Assembly (NCBI GenBank): GCA_038326325.1
Contig: JBBQJW010000013.1
Span: 15,460-79,459 of the forward strand
Length of the DNA stretch: 64,000 nucleotides
Reading direction: 5' to 3'
Origin: Chitinophagales bacterium
GTDB lineage: Bacteria > Bacteroidota > Bacteroidia > Chitinophagales > UBA10324
Positions 42,721-51,423 of this stretch are shown here, in pieces (within the stretch, counting starts at the first letter, position 1; the number at the start of each line of letters is the position of its first letter). The notes beneath the pieces are model-generated. The model had not been told where the DNA came from, searched no databases, and saw only the letters and a list, made by a program, of their open reading frames with translations. Both the position numbers and the translations under genes were made by a program.

Positions 42721-43739
42721 AAATTTACAGTTTATTAACTGTTACAGTAGCGATACTTTCAGTTAGCATTTTCATTTGTAAAGCACAATCAACTAACGAC
42801 TACAAAATCACAAACCGATTTTATTTGGAAGGTGATGGAGGTTGGGATTATTTAATAGTTGATACAGCAAGCGAGCATTTGTTTGTTTCTCATAGCACTG
42901 TTACTCAAGTGGTGGATTTAAAAACCGGAAAACTCATTCACACCATAGAAGACACTAAGGGAGTTCATGGAATTGCAATTGCTTATGATTTAAACAAAGG
43001 ATTTATCAGCAACGGAAAGGATTCGTCTGTAACAGTTTTTGATTTGAATACTTTTGAAGTGATTACTAAAGTTCCTGTTACAGGCAAAAATCCTGATGCA
43101 ATTCTTTACGACCCATTCACGCATCGTGTTTTTACTTTCAATGCAAGAACTAATAACTCAACTGTAATTGATGCTGTTACGAATAAAGTAATTGCAACTA
43201 TTCCGTTAGAAGGGAATCCTGAGTTTGCAGTTAGTAATAGTGAAGGAAAAATTTATTTGAATATTGAAGACAAGAGTTTACTGTGTCAAATAAATGCGGT
43301 GGATTTGAAAGTGGTGAATAATTGGTCGGTGGCACCCGGAAAGGAGCCAAGCGGATTAGCTTTCGATAAAAAAAATAATCGCCTGTTCAGTGTGTGTGAT
43401 AATAAAACTATGGTGATTACTGACGCCCTTACAGGGAAAGTAATTAAAACACTTCCCATTGGAGAAAATGTGGATGGGGCAGCATTTGATGCTTCGACAA
43501 ATTCTGCTTTCAGTTCTAACGGTGATGGAAGTGTAACAGTAGTAAAGGAAATTTCTCCGAACGATTTTAAAGTTATTCAAACTGTAACAACTGAAAAATG
43601 GGCACGCACCATTGCACTTGATTGCAAAACGCATAAATTATACTTGCCAACAAAGGAAGTTGACGAATCAATTGCGGAAAAAAATGCAAAACCTTATTCT
43701 TTGCCTGGCAAGTTTGTGATATTGGAGGTGAGTCAGTAA
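42717..43739 (+). CDS. YncE/YVTN-type beta-propeller protein
   Basis: Signal peptide, then repeated ...G..P.g.a.d.....l[YF]v.n...... blades (VHGIAIAYD, PDAILYDP, PEFAVSNS, PSGLAFDK, VDGAAFDA). Confidence 0.6.
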   Translation: MKIYSLLTVTVAILSVSIFICKAQSTNDYKITNRFYLEGDGGWDYLIVDTASEHLFVSHSTVTQVVDLKTGKLIHTIEDTKGVHGIAIAYDLNKGFISNGKDSSVTVFDLNTFEVITKVPVTGKNPDAILYDPFTHRVFTFNARTNNSTVIDAVTNKVIATIPLEGNPEFAVSNSEGKIYLNIEDKSLLCQINAVDLKVVNNWSVAPGKEPSGLAFDKKNNRLFSVCDNKTMVITDALTGKVIKTLPIGENVDGAAFDASTNSAFSSNGDGSVTVVKEISPNDFKVIQTVTTEKWARTIALDCKTHKLYLPTKEVDESIAEKNAKPYSLPGKFVILEVSQ

Positions 43740-43771
43740 GTTTTTAAAATCATATTAATAGCAGGAATAAA

Positions 43772-43805
43772 AAAGCCGCTCCAATTGAAGCGGCTTTAAT
43801 TTTTC
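43772..43805. terminator. Bidirectional terminator between convergent genes
   Basis: Stem AAAGCCGCT (43772-80) / AGCGGCTTT (43789-97), flanked by an A-run upstream and a T-run downstream. Confidence 0.7.
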
Positions 43806-43833
43806 ACTTTATACTTTTAGTTTTTCACTATTC

Positions 43834-45603
43834 TTAATTTATCTCAATCGCATAAGGCAAACGCATTTGCATTCCTTTCAATTCGCTTACTGATTTTATT
43901 TGTGCGTACATAGAATACCAATCGCCTAACTGAGATTTTACTTCATCATCTTTTGCATCATTCAATACACTGAAAATTTTCGACCACTTATCATCAACAG
44001 TCGGGTATTCAACCATACGATAGTTTTTACTCTTAATCATTTTCGCTGCGATATTAATTGCATCCTGAATGCCGCCAAGTGTATCAACCAATCCCCATGC
44101 AAGTCCCTGAGTTCCTGTCCATACTCTTCCTTGGGCAATTGAATCAACTAATTCCGGGGCAAGATTTCTTCCGGTATAAACGCGCTTTTTAAACTGCGCA
44201 TAAATGCTGTCCACTTCATTCTGTATAATCATTTTCTCGCCATCGTTAAACGGACGAGTCAAATCTCCGAAGTCAGAAAATTTTCCGGTGCCTACATGAT
44301 CGAAAGTAATTCCGAGTTTGTCGTTCAGTAATTTTTGTGCGCATGGAATAATTGCAAACACACCAATGCTACCTGTGAGCGTAGTTGGTTGTGCAACAAT
44401 TTTACTTGCGCTGCACGAAATAAAATATCCACCTGAGGCAGCATAATCTCCCATTGAAACCACAACCGGTTTCACTGCTTTTGTTAAACTCACTTCACGC
44501 CAGATTACATCTGATGCAACGGCACTTCCACCCGGAGAATTCACGCGAAACACAATCGCTTTTATTTTATCGTCGCGACGCAATTTTTCAAACAGTGCAG
44601 CGTAACGGTCACCGCCAATATTGTCTTTGTCACCTTGACCATCCACGATATCACCTTGTGCATATACAATTGCAATTTTATCCTGATCTAAACTTTTCTT
44701 TTCATTATCAGGTGTGTTAGAATATTTCGAAAGAGAAATGAAATTCAATTTCTTCTTATCATCCAACTTCATTTTCTCACGCATGTATTTTTTTGCTGCA
44801 TCGCTATATCCAACTTCATCAATAAAATGATATTGCAATGCCTGATAAGCAGTGCGAATCAACATGCTATCAGCAATTTGATTGACTGTTACAGTATCAA
44901 TATTACGCGAAGCACCAACTGCTGTTACATAATTGTTCTGAATGTCTTTAAGTAAAGCAAGTGTCATTACTTTATTCGATTCACTCATTTTATCGTAACG
45001 GAAAGGTTCAGTTGCAGTTTTAAATCTTCCATCATAGAACACCTGGACTTCAACTCCAATTTTTTCTAACATTCCTTTAAAGAACATTATTTGTGCATTC
45101 AATCCGCGCCATTCAACAACGCCCGCAGGATTCAAAACAACTCTGTCAGCAACACATGATACATAATATCCTTTCTGCGAATACGCATCGGCATAAGCGA
45201 CAATAAATTTTTTCGAATCTTTAAAATCAATCAGTGCATCGCGAATTGCTTTTGCAGTTGAAACACCACTACCGAAAGTTCCGGCATTTAAATAAATTCC
45301 TTTGATGTTGTTATCTGTTTTTGCTTTTTTAATCAGTTTCACAATATCATTTAAGCCCAGAGAAACATTCGTTTCCATACCTGTGAAACTTAATGTTGCC
45401 AGCGGATTAAAATTGGTTTGCTCAGGAATTGCATAATCCAAAGTGAGGGTTAGCACACTGTTAGTCTCCGCCTGTTTTTTGTCGGGTTCAGAAACGGAAG
45501 AAACGATTCCAACCAGAATTCCAATCATGATAAAAGTAAGAACAATAGAGCCGACTATAAAGCCGAGCATCGAAGCAAAAAAGAATTTAAAAAACTGTTT
45601 CAT
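43834..45603 (-). CDS. sppA: Signal peptide peptidase SppA, 67K type
   Basis: 589 aa with an N-terminal TM and two S49 repeats (YADAYSQKGYYVS; SMGDYAASGGYFIS). Confidence 0.85.
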   Translation of the reverse strand: MKQFFKFFFASMLGFIVGSIVLTFIMIGILVGIVSSVSEPDKKQAETNSVLTLTLDYAIPEQTNFNPLATLSFTGMETNVSLGLNDIVKLIKKAKTDNNIKGIYLNAGTFGSGVSTAKAIRDALIDFKDSKKFIVAYADAYSQKGYYVSCVADRVVLNPAGVVEWRGLNAQIMFFKGMLEKIGVEVQVFYDGRFKTATEPFRYDKMSESNKVMTLALLKDIQNNYVTAVGASRNIDTVTVNQIADSMLIRTAYQALQYHFIDEVGYSDAAKKYMREKMKLDDKKKLNFISLSKYSNTPDNEKKSLDQDKIAIVYAQGDIVDGQGDKDNIGGDRYAALFEKLRRDDKIKAIVFRVNSPGGSAVASDVIWREVSLTKAVKPVVVSMGDYAASGGYFISCSASKIVAQPTTLTGSIGVFAIIPCAQKLLNDKLGITFDHVGTGKFSDFGDLTRPFNDGEKMIIQNEVDSIYAQFKKRVYTGRNLAPELVDSIAQGRVWTGTQGLAWGLVDTLGGIQDAINIAAKMIKSKNYRMVEYPTVDDKWSKIFSVLNDAKDDEVKSQLGDWYSMYAQIKSVSELKGMQMRLPYAIEIN

Positions 45604-45693
45604 TGGGGGTTTATGTATTTAGTAGTTGTTTGTTTTTATAAAGGGTGCCAAAAGTAAGTGTTCCGAAGTAATCGCTGAGCGAAAAAGTGAATT

Positions 45694-46209
45694 GTGTTTA
45701 CATTCGCCTCCATCGCTATTAAATTGAATCAGGTTTATCTTTCTTTAGGCAGTAATGCGGGTAACAGGGCTAAAATGTTACAGCAGGCGATTGAGTTATT
45801 GCTCAAAGTGGGAGAGGTGCAAACAGTTTCATCGGTTTACGAAACTGCTGCATGGGGAAACACTAATCAACCTGCCTTTCTTAATCTTGTTTTGCTGATG
45901 CAGACGAAGAGCGGCGCACAAAATTTTATGAAGGAATTAATTTCCATTGAAGAAAAAATGGGACGAGTTCGGAATCAAAAATGGGAATCGAGAATCATTG
46001 ACCTCGACATTTTATTTTTTAACGATGAAGTGATTGATGAAACGGATTTAAAAATTCCGCATCCGTTTTTACACGGACGGAAATTTGTATTGGAACCATT
46101 AGCGGAAATTGCTTCTCACTTTGTTCATCCTGTTTTAAAGAAGGAAGTGTTACAGTTGCTTGAAGATTGTGCTGATAAATTACCGGTGAACCGACTCGTA
46201 CATGCATAA
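45694..46209 (+). CDS. folK: 2-amino-4-hydroxy-6-hydroxymethyldihydropteridine diphosphokinase (HPPK)
   Basis: YLSLGSN.GN...W..R.IDLDILFF...LKIPHP....R.FVL.PL.EI. The GTG start in the ORF track is uncertain. Confidence 0.85.
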   Translation: MFTFASIAIKLNQVYLSLGSNAGNRAKMLQQAIELLLKVGEVQTVSSVYETAAWGNTNQPAFLNLVLLMQTKSGAQNFMKELISIEEKMGRVRNQKWESRIIDLDILFFNDEVIDETDLKIPHPFLHGRKFVLEPLAEIASHFVHPVLKKEVLQLLEDCADKLPVNRLVHA

Positions 46210-46831
46210 CTATATTGTGATAGAAGGAAATATCGGAGCAGGCAAAACTTCTTTGACCGAAAAGTTTGCTTCCGAAATCAATGCTCGATTAGTTCTTGAG
46301 CAATTTGCCGACAATCCTTTTCTCCCACAGTTTTATACCGACCGCGAGCGATTTGCTTTTCCGTTAGAGTTATTTTTTGTTGCAGAAAGGTTTCAGCAAT
46401 TGAAAGACACACTTGGAAAGCAGGATATGTTTCAGCAAACCACCGTTGCCGATTATATTTTTATCAAGAGTTTATTGTTTGCTCGTGTTAACCTGAGCGA
46501 AGAAGAATTCAAATTGTATCAGCGGCTGTTTTATATCATTCACTCCACATTACCCGAACCTGATGTGTTGGTTTATTTGCACTGCGAAGTTGACCGTCTC
46601 ATGCAAAACATCAGCAAGCGCGGAAGGGCTTACGAACAAAATATTTCTGCCGATTATTTACTTAGCATTCAAAACACCTACTTCGAATATTTTAAAACTG
46701 TAACAGATTTTCCGGTGCTGATTATTGATGTGACGAAAGCTGATTTTGTTTCGAACGAAAACGATTACCTGAAAATAAAATCACTTATTGAATCTTCGCA
46801 TACTATTGGGTTGCATTATTATAAGGTGTAA
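46202..46831 (+). CDS. Deoxynucleoside kinase
   Basis: P-loop IEGNIGAGKTSL and the dNK family pattern LEQFADNPFL..FY.D..R.AF..ELFF. It overlaps folK by 8 nt. Confidence 0.85.
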   Translation: MHNYIVIEGNIGAGKTSLTEKFASEINARLVLEQFADNPFLPQFYTDRERFAFPLELFFVAERFQQLKDTLGKQDMFQQTTVADYIFIKSLLFARVNLSEEEFKLYQRLFYIIHSTLPEPDVLVYLHCEVDRLMQNISKRGRAYEQNISADYLLSIQNTYFEYFKTVTDFPVLIIDVTKADFVSNENDYLKIKSLIESSHTIGLHYYKV

Positions 46832-46844
46832 CGGAGCAGATTAA

Positions 46845-46876
46845 CTGTTACATGCAATTTATTTTTACTGTAACAG
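46845..46876 (+). other. Inverted pair of the TGTWACA motif forming a hairpin after the kinase gene (possible terminator)
   Basis: CTGTTACA (46845-52) pairs with TGTAACAG (46869-76), with a 16-nt loop and a T-rich tract at 46888-46897. Confidence 0.4.
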
Positions 46877-47008
46877 ATTGCAAATCTTATTTTTTATTGT
46901 GTACGATTACAAATCGAGCCGAACTGGCGGGAGCAATCAATGTCTGAACTATGATTCCTGTCATTATGTGATTTCAGGTTTTTCTATTAGACCTCATGCA
47001 TAAATAGT

Positions 47009-47097
47009 ATGGAACGCAGATTTTTTTATGATCATTAGGATCAACTATGATTTTTTATCTGCGGAAATCATAAAAATCATGATGATCTGCGTTCCAT
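47009..47097. repeat. Long imperfect hairpin / MITE-like element
   Basis: Perfect 13-bp inverted repeat ATGGAACGCAGAT (47009-21) / ATCTGCGTTCCAT (47085-97), plus an inner 10-bp stem TTTTTATGAT (47023-32) / ATCATAAAAA (47067-76). A T7 run follows. Confidence 0.6.
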
Positions 47098-47185
47098 TTT
47101 TTTAGTTGATTTATGCAATAGGTTTACTGTTACACGCCACTGAATCATTAGGTTACCGGCAATGGAATAGAGATAAGTGAAGACA

Positions 47186-47797
47186 CTAAAGTATTCCTGC
47201 GAATTTGAGTTTGTGTTTCTTTAACAGCTTGCCTAAAAATTCAATATCCTTTTTATTAAATCCATGAGCAACTAAAGCATAGGGCGTGAATGAAGAAAGA
47301 TTTGCAAGGTTAATAATTTTATCAGAAAGTAATTTCCACTTGATGTGGTTGGGCAAATTCATTTCCTGCAACCTCATTCTTAATATTTTTATATCGCCGA
47401 ATTTTTTCTTAGTGGGCTTTGGTTTTTCCGATGAACTATTTTCAGTCTTTATTTCTTCTTCTTTTCCGTCCAATGCATTAAATCTTGACTGATATGCATT
47501 CACGAGATTAAGGAGTTCCTCATTCTCCTTTTTTATTTTCTCAATTTCGGGAACTTCTCGTATAAACCTAGCCATTGTCTGAATCGCTCTTTCTAATAAA
47601 ATTTTTATGCGTTCTTCGGAAAGAGAAAGTGCTTTTGCAATATATCCCATGCTTTTTCCATCTCTCCAGGCAAGTGTAGCAATAATTTTCCCCCTGTCAT
47701 CAAAGGGAAGCAAATCAATAAATGCTGAGTCGGCAACTATGCGTAAAATTCTTTTTGATTCGTATTCTTCCGGCTTCTCTTTTATATCCTTTTTCAT
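47186..47797 (-). CDS. Hypothetical DNA-binding protein (sigma-70 region-4-like HTH, coiled coil, HhH-like C-terminus)
   Basis: 203 aa. GKSMGYIAKALSLSEERIKILLERAIQTMARFI looks like a region-4 HTH. The family is not recognised, and the gene contains no TGTWACA copy. Confidence 0.4.
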   Translation of the reverse strand: MKKDIKEKPEEYESKRILRIVADSAFIDLLPFDDRGKIIATLAWRDGKSMGYIAKALSLSEERIKILLERAIQTMARFIREVPEIEKIKKENEELLNLVNAYQSRFNALDGKEEEIKTENSSSEKPKPTKKKFGDIKILRMRLQEMNLPNHIKWKLLSDKIINLANLSSFTPYALVAHGFNKKDIEFLGKLLKKHKLKFAGIL

Positions 47798-47934
47798 TTC
47801 AATTATTTAATCTATGATTTTTTTGATTCCTGCGACTATGTGATTTTGTTTTTACTTATTTCTTTTTTCTCCTTTTATTTTTTCTATTTAATCATGGCAA
47901 TCATTCAATCACATCAATCATTGCTCAGGCAATT

Positions 47935-48015
47935 TAGGTGCGACTTGTTGCTTGGCTCGCATGGCTTTACAATGGATGAAGCTATTATTATTGGTTAATT
48001 TTTTAACTGTAACAC
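47935..48015 (+). repeat. Direct repeat R2, copy a (about 81 bp)
   Basis: About 85% identical by eye to 52018-52098 (TAGGTG.GACTTGTTG...GGCTCG...CTTTACA..GGATGAAG.TATTATTATTG.TTAATTTTTTAACTGTWACAC). Confidence 0.8.
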
Positions 48016-48104
48016 TAGTTGTTTGTAACTCAAGCAGATTGTGTTTCTTGTTTTTTAATTTCCACTTGATTACAAATCGAGCGGAAAAGAGTCGAGTGGA
48101 ATAC

Positions 48105-49364
48105 TCAGTGCCGTACAATCAGTTTTATCATTTTGTTGGAATTACCATTCGTCATTATTGCCATGTATAACCCATCGGCCAATTCAGAAACGGAATAACG
48201 AAAATCTGAACCCGGGTTTTCTTTTTGCATCACTAAAGAACCCAGTGAGTTATAAATGCTGAGTGTAACAGCCGAAGGTTTTGTATTGTTGAAATGAAAA
48301 TTCAGGAACCCGTCTGAAGGATTAGGGTAAACGGAAAAACTGTTGTTATCGGTTATTTCAGCAATTCCGTTTGGTTGCACTGTGAGCAATGCGTCACCGG
48401 AAGTATCGGCACACGCGGCCAAATCAACCACGCAACGAAAAACCTCGTTATTGTTTGAAGGTGTTACAGCTGTAACAGTCAGCGTGTCGTTGTTCACACC
48501 GTTGTATTGACCGCCATTCGCGAGGTTAGAAAATCCGGAACCGATATTGTTTTGCCATTGATAAGTCGCCGCGGTATCGTTGGCGGCAACAGTAAACGCG
48601 GCATCGTTTCCGTCTGTAACAGTTTCATTTACCGGCTGCGCGGTGAGCGCCAATTGACAACTATGATACATGACTGAAACTTCGCTGTGCGAAAGCGCGC
48701 GATTCCAGAGGCCGATGTCGTCGAGTTTACCATTGAACACTTCAGTAGCTCCGGGAACATCTCTTCCGAATTCAAGCGGCAGTGAGTTAACTGTTATGTT
48801 GGTGGTATATGCATTCGTTGCCACCAACGAATCATTCATGTAGAAATAAGAATTAAAACTATCGAGCACCGCCGTTAAAAGATACCATTGATTCAACGAA
48901 AAATTATATGCCGCTCCTGTATTATTAGTCCAGTTATTGGTGCCTGCATAAAAACTTACCCCATTGATGTCAATTGTAAAACGATACATGTAAGCATTCG
49001 CGGGGTTATCGCTTTTGGTCATTATAGGACCGAATGCCTGACCCACCAAACTATAACCATTCAAATAAACCCAGGCAGTCATGCTTACCCCTACGGTAGG
49101 GCTTTCGAGCGAAGCAGAAGTCGGAACGGAAATGTAAGTGGAAATTCCATCAAACAGATAAGCACTGCTGTCGTTGCCAAAGCGGTCGGTTGTGAGAGTC
49201 GCACCCATGCTTGTTCCATTGTTGTTGCTCCCGCTTTCGTCATTCGCATTTCCGTTAAACGGCCACCAGCCAATTAATCCATTGGTTGGAATATAAGATG
49301 GAATTTGCGCTGAAGCGCTCACGGCGCAAGCTATAAATGCAATCAGTAAAAAATTTCTTTTCAT
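48105..49364 (-). CDS. LamG/concanavalin-like lectin domain protein with T9SS C-terminal sorting domain
   Basis: Signal peptide. LIGWWPFNGNANDESGSNNNGT...FGNDSSAYLFDG..YISVP is LamG-type. The CTD reads VYPNPSDGFLNFHF...LADGLYMAIMTNGNSNKMIKLIV. Confidence 0.7.
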   Translation of the reverse strand: MKRNFLLIAFIACAVSASAQIPSYIPTNGLIGWWPFNGNANDESGSNNNGTSMGATLTTDRFGNDSSAYLFDGISTYISVPTSASLESPTVGVSMTAWVYLNGYSLVGQAFGPIMTKSDNPANAYMYRFTIDINGVSFYAGTNNWTNNTGAAYNFSLNQWYLLTAVLDSFNSYFYMNDSLVATNAYTTNITVNSLPLEFGRDVPGATEVFNGKLDDIGLWNRALSHSEVSVMYHSCQLALTAQPVNETVTDGNDAAFTVAANDTAATYQWQNNIGSGFSNLANGGQYNGVNNDTLTVTAVTPSNNNEVFRCVVDLAACADTSGDALLTVQPNGIAEITDNNSFSVYPNPSDGFLNFHFNNTKPSAVTLSIYNSLGSLVMQKENPGSDFRYSVSELADGLYMAIMTNGNSNKMIKLIVRH

Positions 49365-49672
49365 GGTGTTTTGCTATTTGGAGAGAATAAAAATACTTAA
49401 ACTGAATAAAAAGATTCACTTTTAATTTATTATAAAACTGTTACACCTGTTGCCGGCAACTGAAGCAGCTTGTGAAACTTGTTGCTGTTTCCGCAAAGTC
49501 TCCCTTACGCTGTTGGGCACTTTGAGGTTACGCGATTTTAGCGGGAAGACTGTACCGGAACTGAATAGCGCATAACAGAAATATGTTTTGGTTTTGGAAA
49601 AAAAAATTCCTGTTAAGATGCATAAAATTTAATTTTACCCCAGGAAAGTAATTCACCAAACAGCATTAAAAA

Positions 49673-50485
49673 ATGCAAAACGAAGATTCAAAATTTATAG
49701 GGCAGCTTCCCAAAATGTATGATCAATATCTTGTTCCGATATTCTTTGATCCTTATGCAAAGGATATTGTAACACGGCTGCAACACCGGCAACCGCAACG
49801 GGTGCTGGAAATTGCAGCGGGCACCGGAGCCGTAACACGGCATCTTGATTCCATGCTTTCTGCCGAAACAAAAATTGTTGCCTCTGATTTAAACCAGCCC
49901 ATGCTCGACCAGGCATCGCAGCATTCATTCAAACATGCTATTGAGTGGAAGGCAGCAGATGCACAGCAACTGCCTTTCGAAGATGAATCATTCGATGCGG
50001 TGGTGTGCCAGTTCGGTGCTATGTTTTTTCCTGACCAGCCAAAAGCATACAGCGAAATCAGGCGGGTGCTGAAGCCCGGCGGTGTTTTTCTGTTTAATGT
50101 ATGGGGCGATATAAAACAGAATGATTTTTTCTTTGTGGTGCAAACGGCCATGGAAAAATTGTTTCCGTCAGATCCTCCCGGGTTTCTTAAACGGATACCT
50201 TATGCTTATCATGACGAGGGCATTATTACACAACATCTTAAAAACGGGGGATTCATTGCTGCACCCTCAATTGAAACTGTTACATTCACTACTGTTGCCG
50301 ACTCACCTGTTATTCCGGCTATAGCCATCTGTTATGGAACTCCCCTTCGAAATGAAATCGAAAGTCGCAGTTCGGGTAAAACCGATAGTGCTGTAAAAGC
50401 TGCCACTACTGCAATGACTGAACAATTTGGTGACGGAAAAGTGGTGGGTAAAATGCTTGCTAAGGTGGTTGAAGTAATGAAGTAA
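49673..50485 (+). CDS. Class I SAM-dependent methyltransferase (Methyltransf_11-like, small-molecule type)
   Basis: VLEIAAGTGAVTRHL (motif I), DLNQPMLDQA and FDAVVCQFGAMFFPD...VLKPGGVFLFNVW. GC content is visibly higher (about 50% in sampled stretches). Confidence 0.8.
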   Translation: MQNEDSKFIGQLPKMYDQYLVPIFFDPYAKDIVTRLQHRQPQRVLEIAAGTGAVTRHLDSMLSAETKIVASDLNQPMLDQASQHSFKHAIEWKAADAQQLPFEDESFDAVVCQFGAMFFPDQPKAYSEIRRVLKPGGVFLFNVWGDIKQNDFFFVVQTAMEKLFPSDPPGFLKRIPYAYHDEGIITQHLKNGGFIAAPSIETVTFTTVADSPVIPAIAICYGTPLRNEIESRSSGKTDSAVKAATTAMTEQFGDGKVVGKMLAKVVEVMK

Positions 50486-50488
50486 CTG

Positions 50489-50572
50489 CACATTGCAATC
50501 AAGCTCAGTTAAGTGCCGCTATTTTAAATCTATTTATTTAACGCGACCCGATTGCAAATCGGGACGAACTGA
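50489..50572 (+). repeat. MITE-like repeat R1, copy A (about 84 bp)
   Basis: About 85% identical to 51247-51330. It has imperfect terminal inverted repeats around TTGCAATC / GATTGCAA and contains the hairpin CCCGATT-GCA-AATCGGG. Confidence 0.8.
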
Positions 50573-50600
50573 TTAATTGCCCGCAACCGCGACGAAGGAT

Positions 50601-51116
50601 TTAATCAGATTGAACGGCAATATCCTCATCATTATCCAATTCAAAATCCTTCTGTTCTAGCTCTCCCTCTCCCTTAATTGGAGCATTGAACAAAAAATGT
50701 CTCACTTCAGCAGTTAAAATATCTTCTATTAATTCAAAGGTAAATTCGTTTTCGTCCAATGTTATCAGATTTTTAGTTCCCAGATTTTCTGTTTTGATAA
50801 ACAATTTTTCGGTTTCATAATTTATTCCGAAGCGTGCAATCAAAGACCCTGTTTTTTTAGCTCTGTATTCGTAGAATGCTATTCTTATTTCTATTTTTAA
50901 ATCAGATGCCTTGCTGCACTTAAAAAAAACTGAAGTACCGAATGCAAATGCTTTACGAAGAGGTGAAATAATTTTCACCACCGCCGGTTTTATGACCTCC
51001 TTAAATAAGGATTGATACTTTTCATTCAGTACTTTTCTTTTTTTAACCAGATCGTTTTCCCGCTGTTTCCATTCAAGAACCAGTAATGCCATTTTTGATT
51101 CAGCATCTGTAACCAT
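50601..51116 (-). CDS. Hypothetical protein (171 aa, no recognisable domain) bracketed by R1 repeats
   Basis: Clean ORF with an N-terminal helix (KQRENDLVKKRKVLNEKYQSLFKEV), a beta-rich middle and an acidic tail (ELDNDEDIAVQSD). Confidence 0.4.
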   Translation of the reverse strand: MVTDAESKMALLVLEWKQRENDLVKKRKVLNEKYQSLFKEVIKPAVVKIISPLRKAFAFGTSVFFKCSKASDLKIEIRIAFYEYRAKKTGSLIARFGINYETEKLFIKTENLGTKNLITLDENEFTFELIEDILTAEVRHFLFNAPIKGEGELEQKDFELDNDEDIAVQSD

Positions 51117-51246
51117 AGGAACTAATTTAATGATTTGATTTGTGAATGCCCATGAGTAGCCAACTTTATGTCACTGATAACAACGAAGATATTCAGAATT
51201 TATTTCCTCCACCACTTTATACGAAACCATGCGTTCTCGGTTGTGC

Positions 51247-51330
51247 TCAAATTGCAATCGGGCTCACTTAAGTGCCGCGATTTTAAATCTATTTATTTAA
51301 CGCCACTCGATTGCAAATTGAACCGAACTG
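51247..51330 (+). repeat. MITE-like repeat R1, copy B
   Basis: See copy A. It is in the same orientation and lies between the 171-aa ORF and the four-helix-bundle gene. Confidence 0.8.
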
Positions 51331-51423
51331 GGCAACTGTTACACCTGCTGTTGTGTAATTATTCTATATCATTTTCAAAGGACTTCAAGCACTTGCGGGA
51401 CTTCTAACATCGTACTTAAGCAG

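Noticed and set aside
46904-46916. CGATTGCAAATCG-type hairpins (also at 48068, 50549 and 51308) resemble a tRNA-Cys (GCA) anticodon arm, suggesting tRNA fragments or att sites
   Set aside because: No acceptor, D or T arms (no GGTTCGAATCC-like box) surround any copy. They are better explained as arms of the R1 MITE-like repeat family.
47918-48170. ORFs 47918..48118 (-) and 47952..48170 (+) inside repeat R2a, the latter with a lipoprotein-signal-like start
   Set aside because: They are short, overlap the LamG gene end, and lie in duplicated repeat DNA. They are kept only as a hint that R2 may derive from a gene 5-prime end.
49440-49600. Possible riboswitch or leader upstream of the SAM-dependent methyltransferase
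   Set aside because: I cannot recognise any known SAM/SAH riboswitch core. The GC-rich stretch is more simply a decayed coding remnant. A covariance-model scan would be needed.
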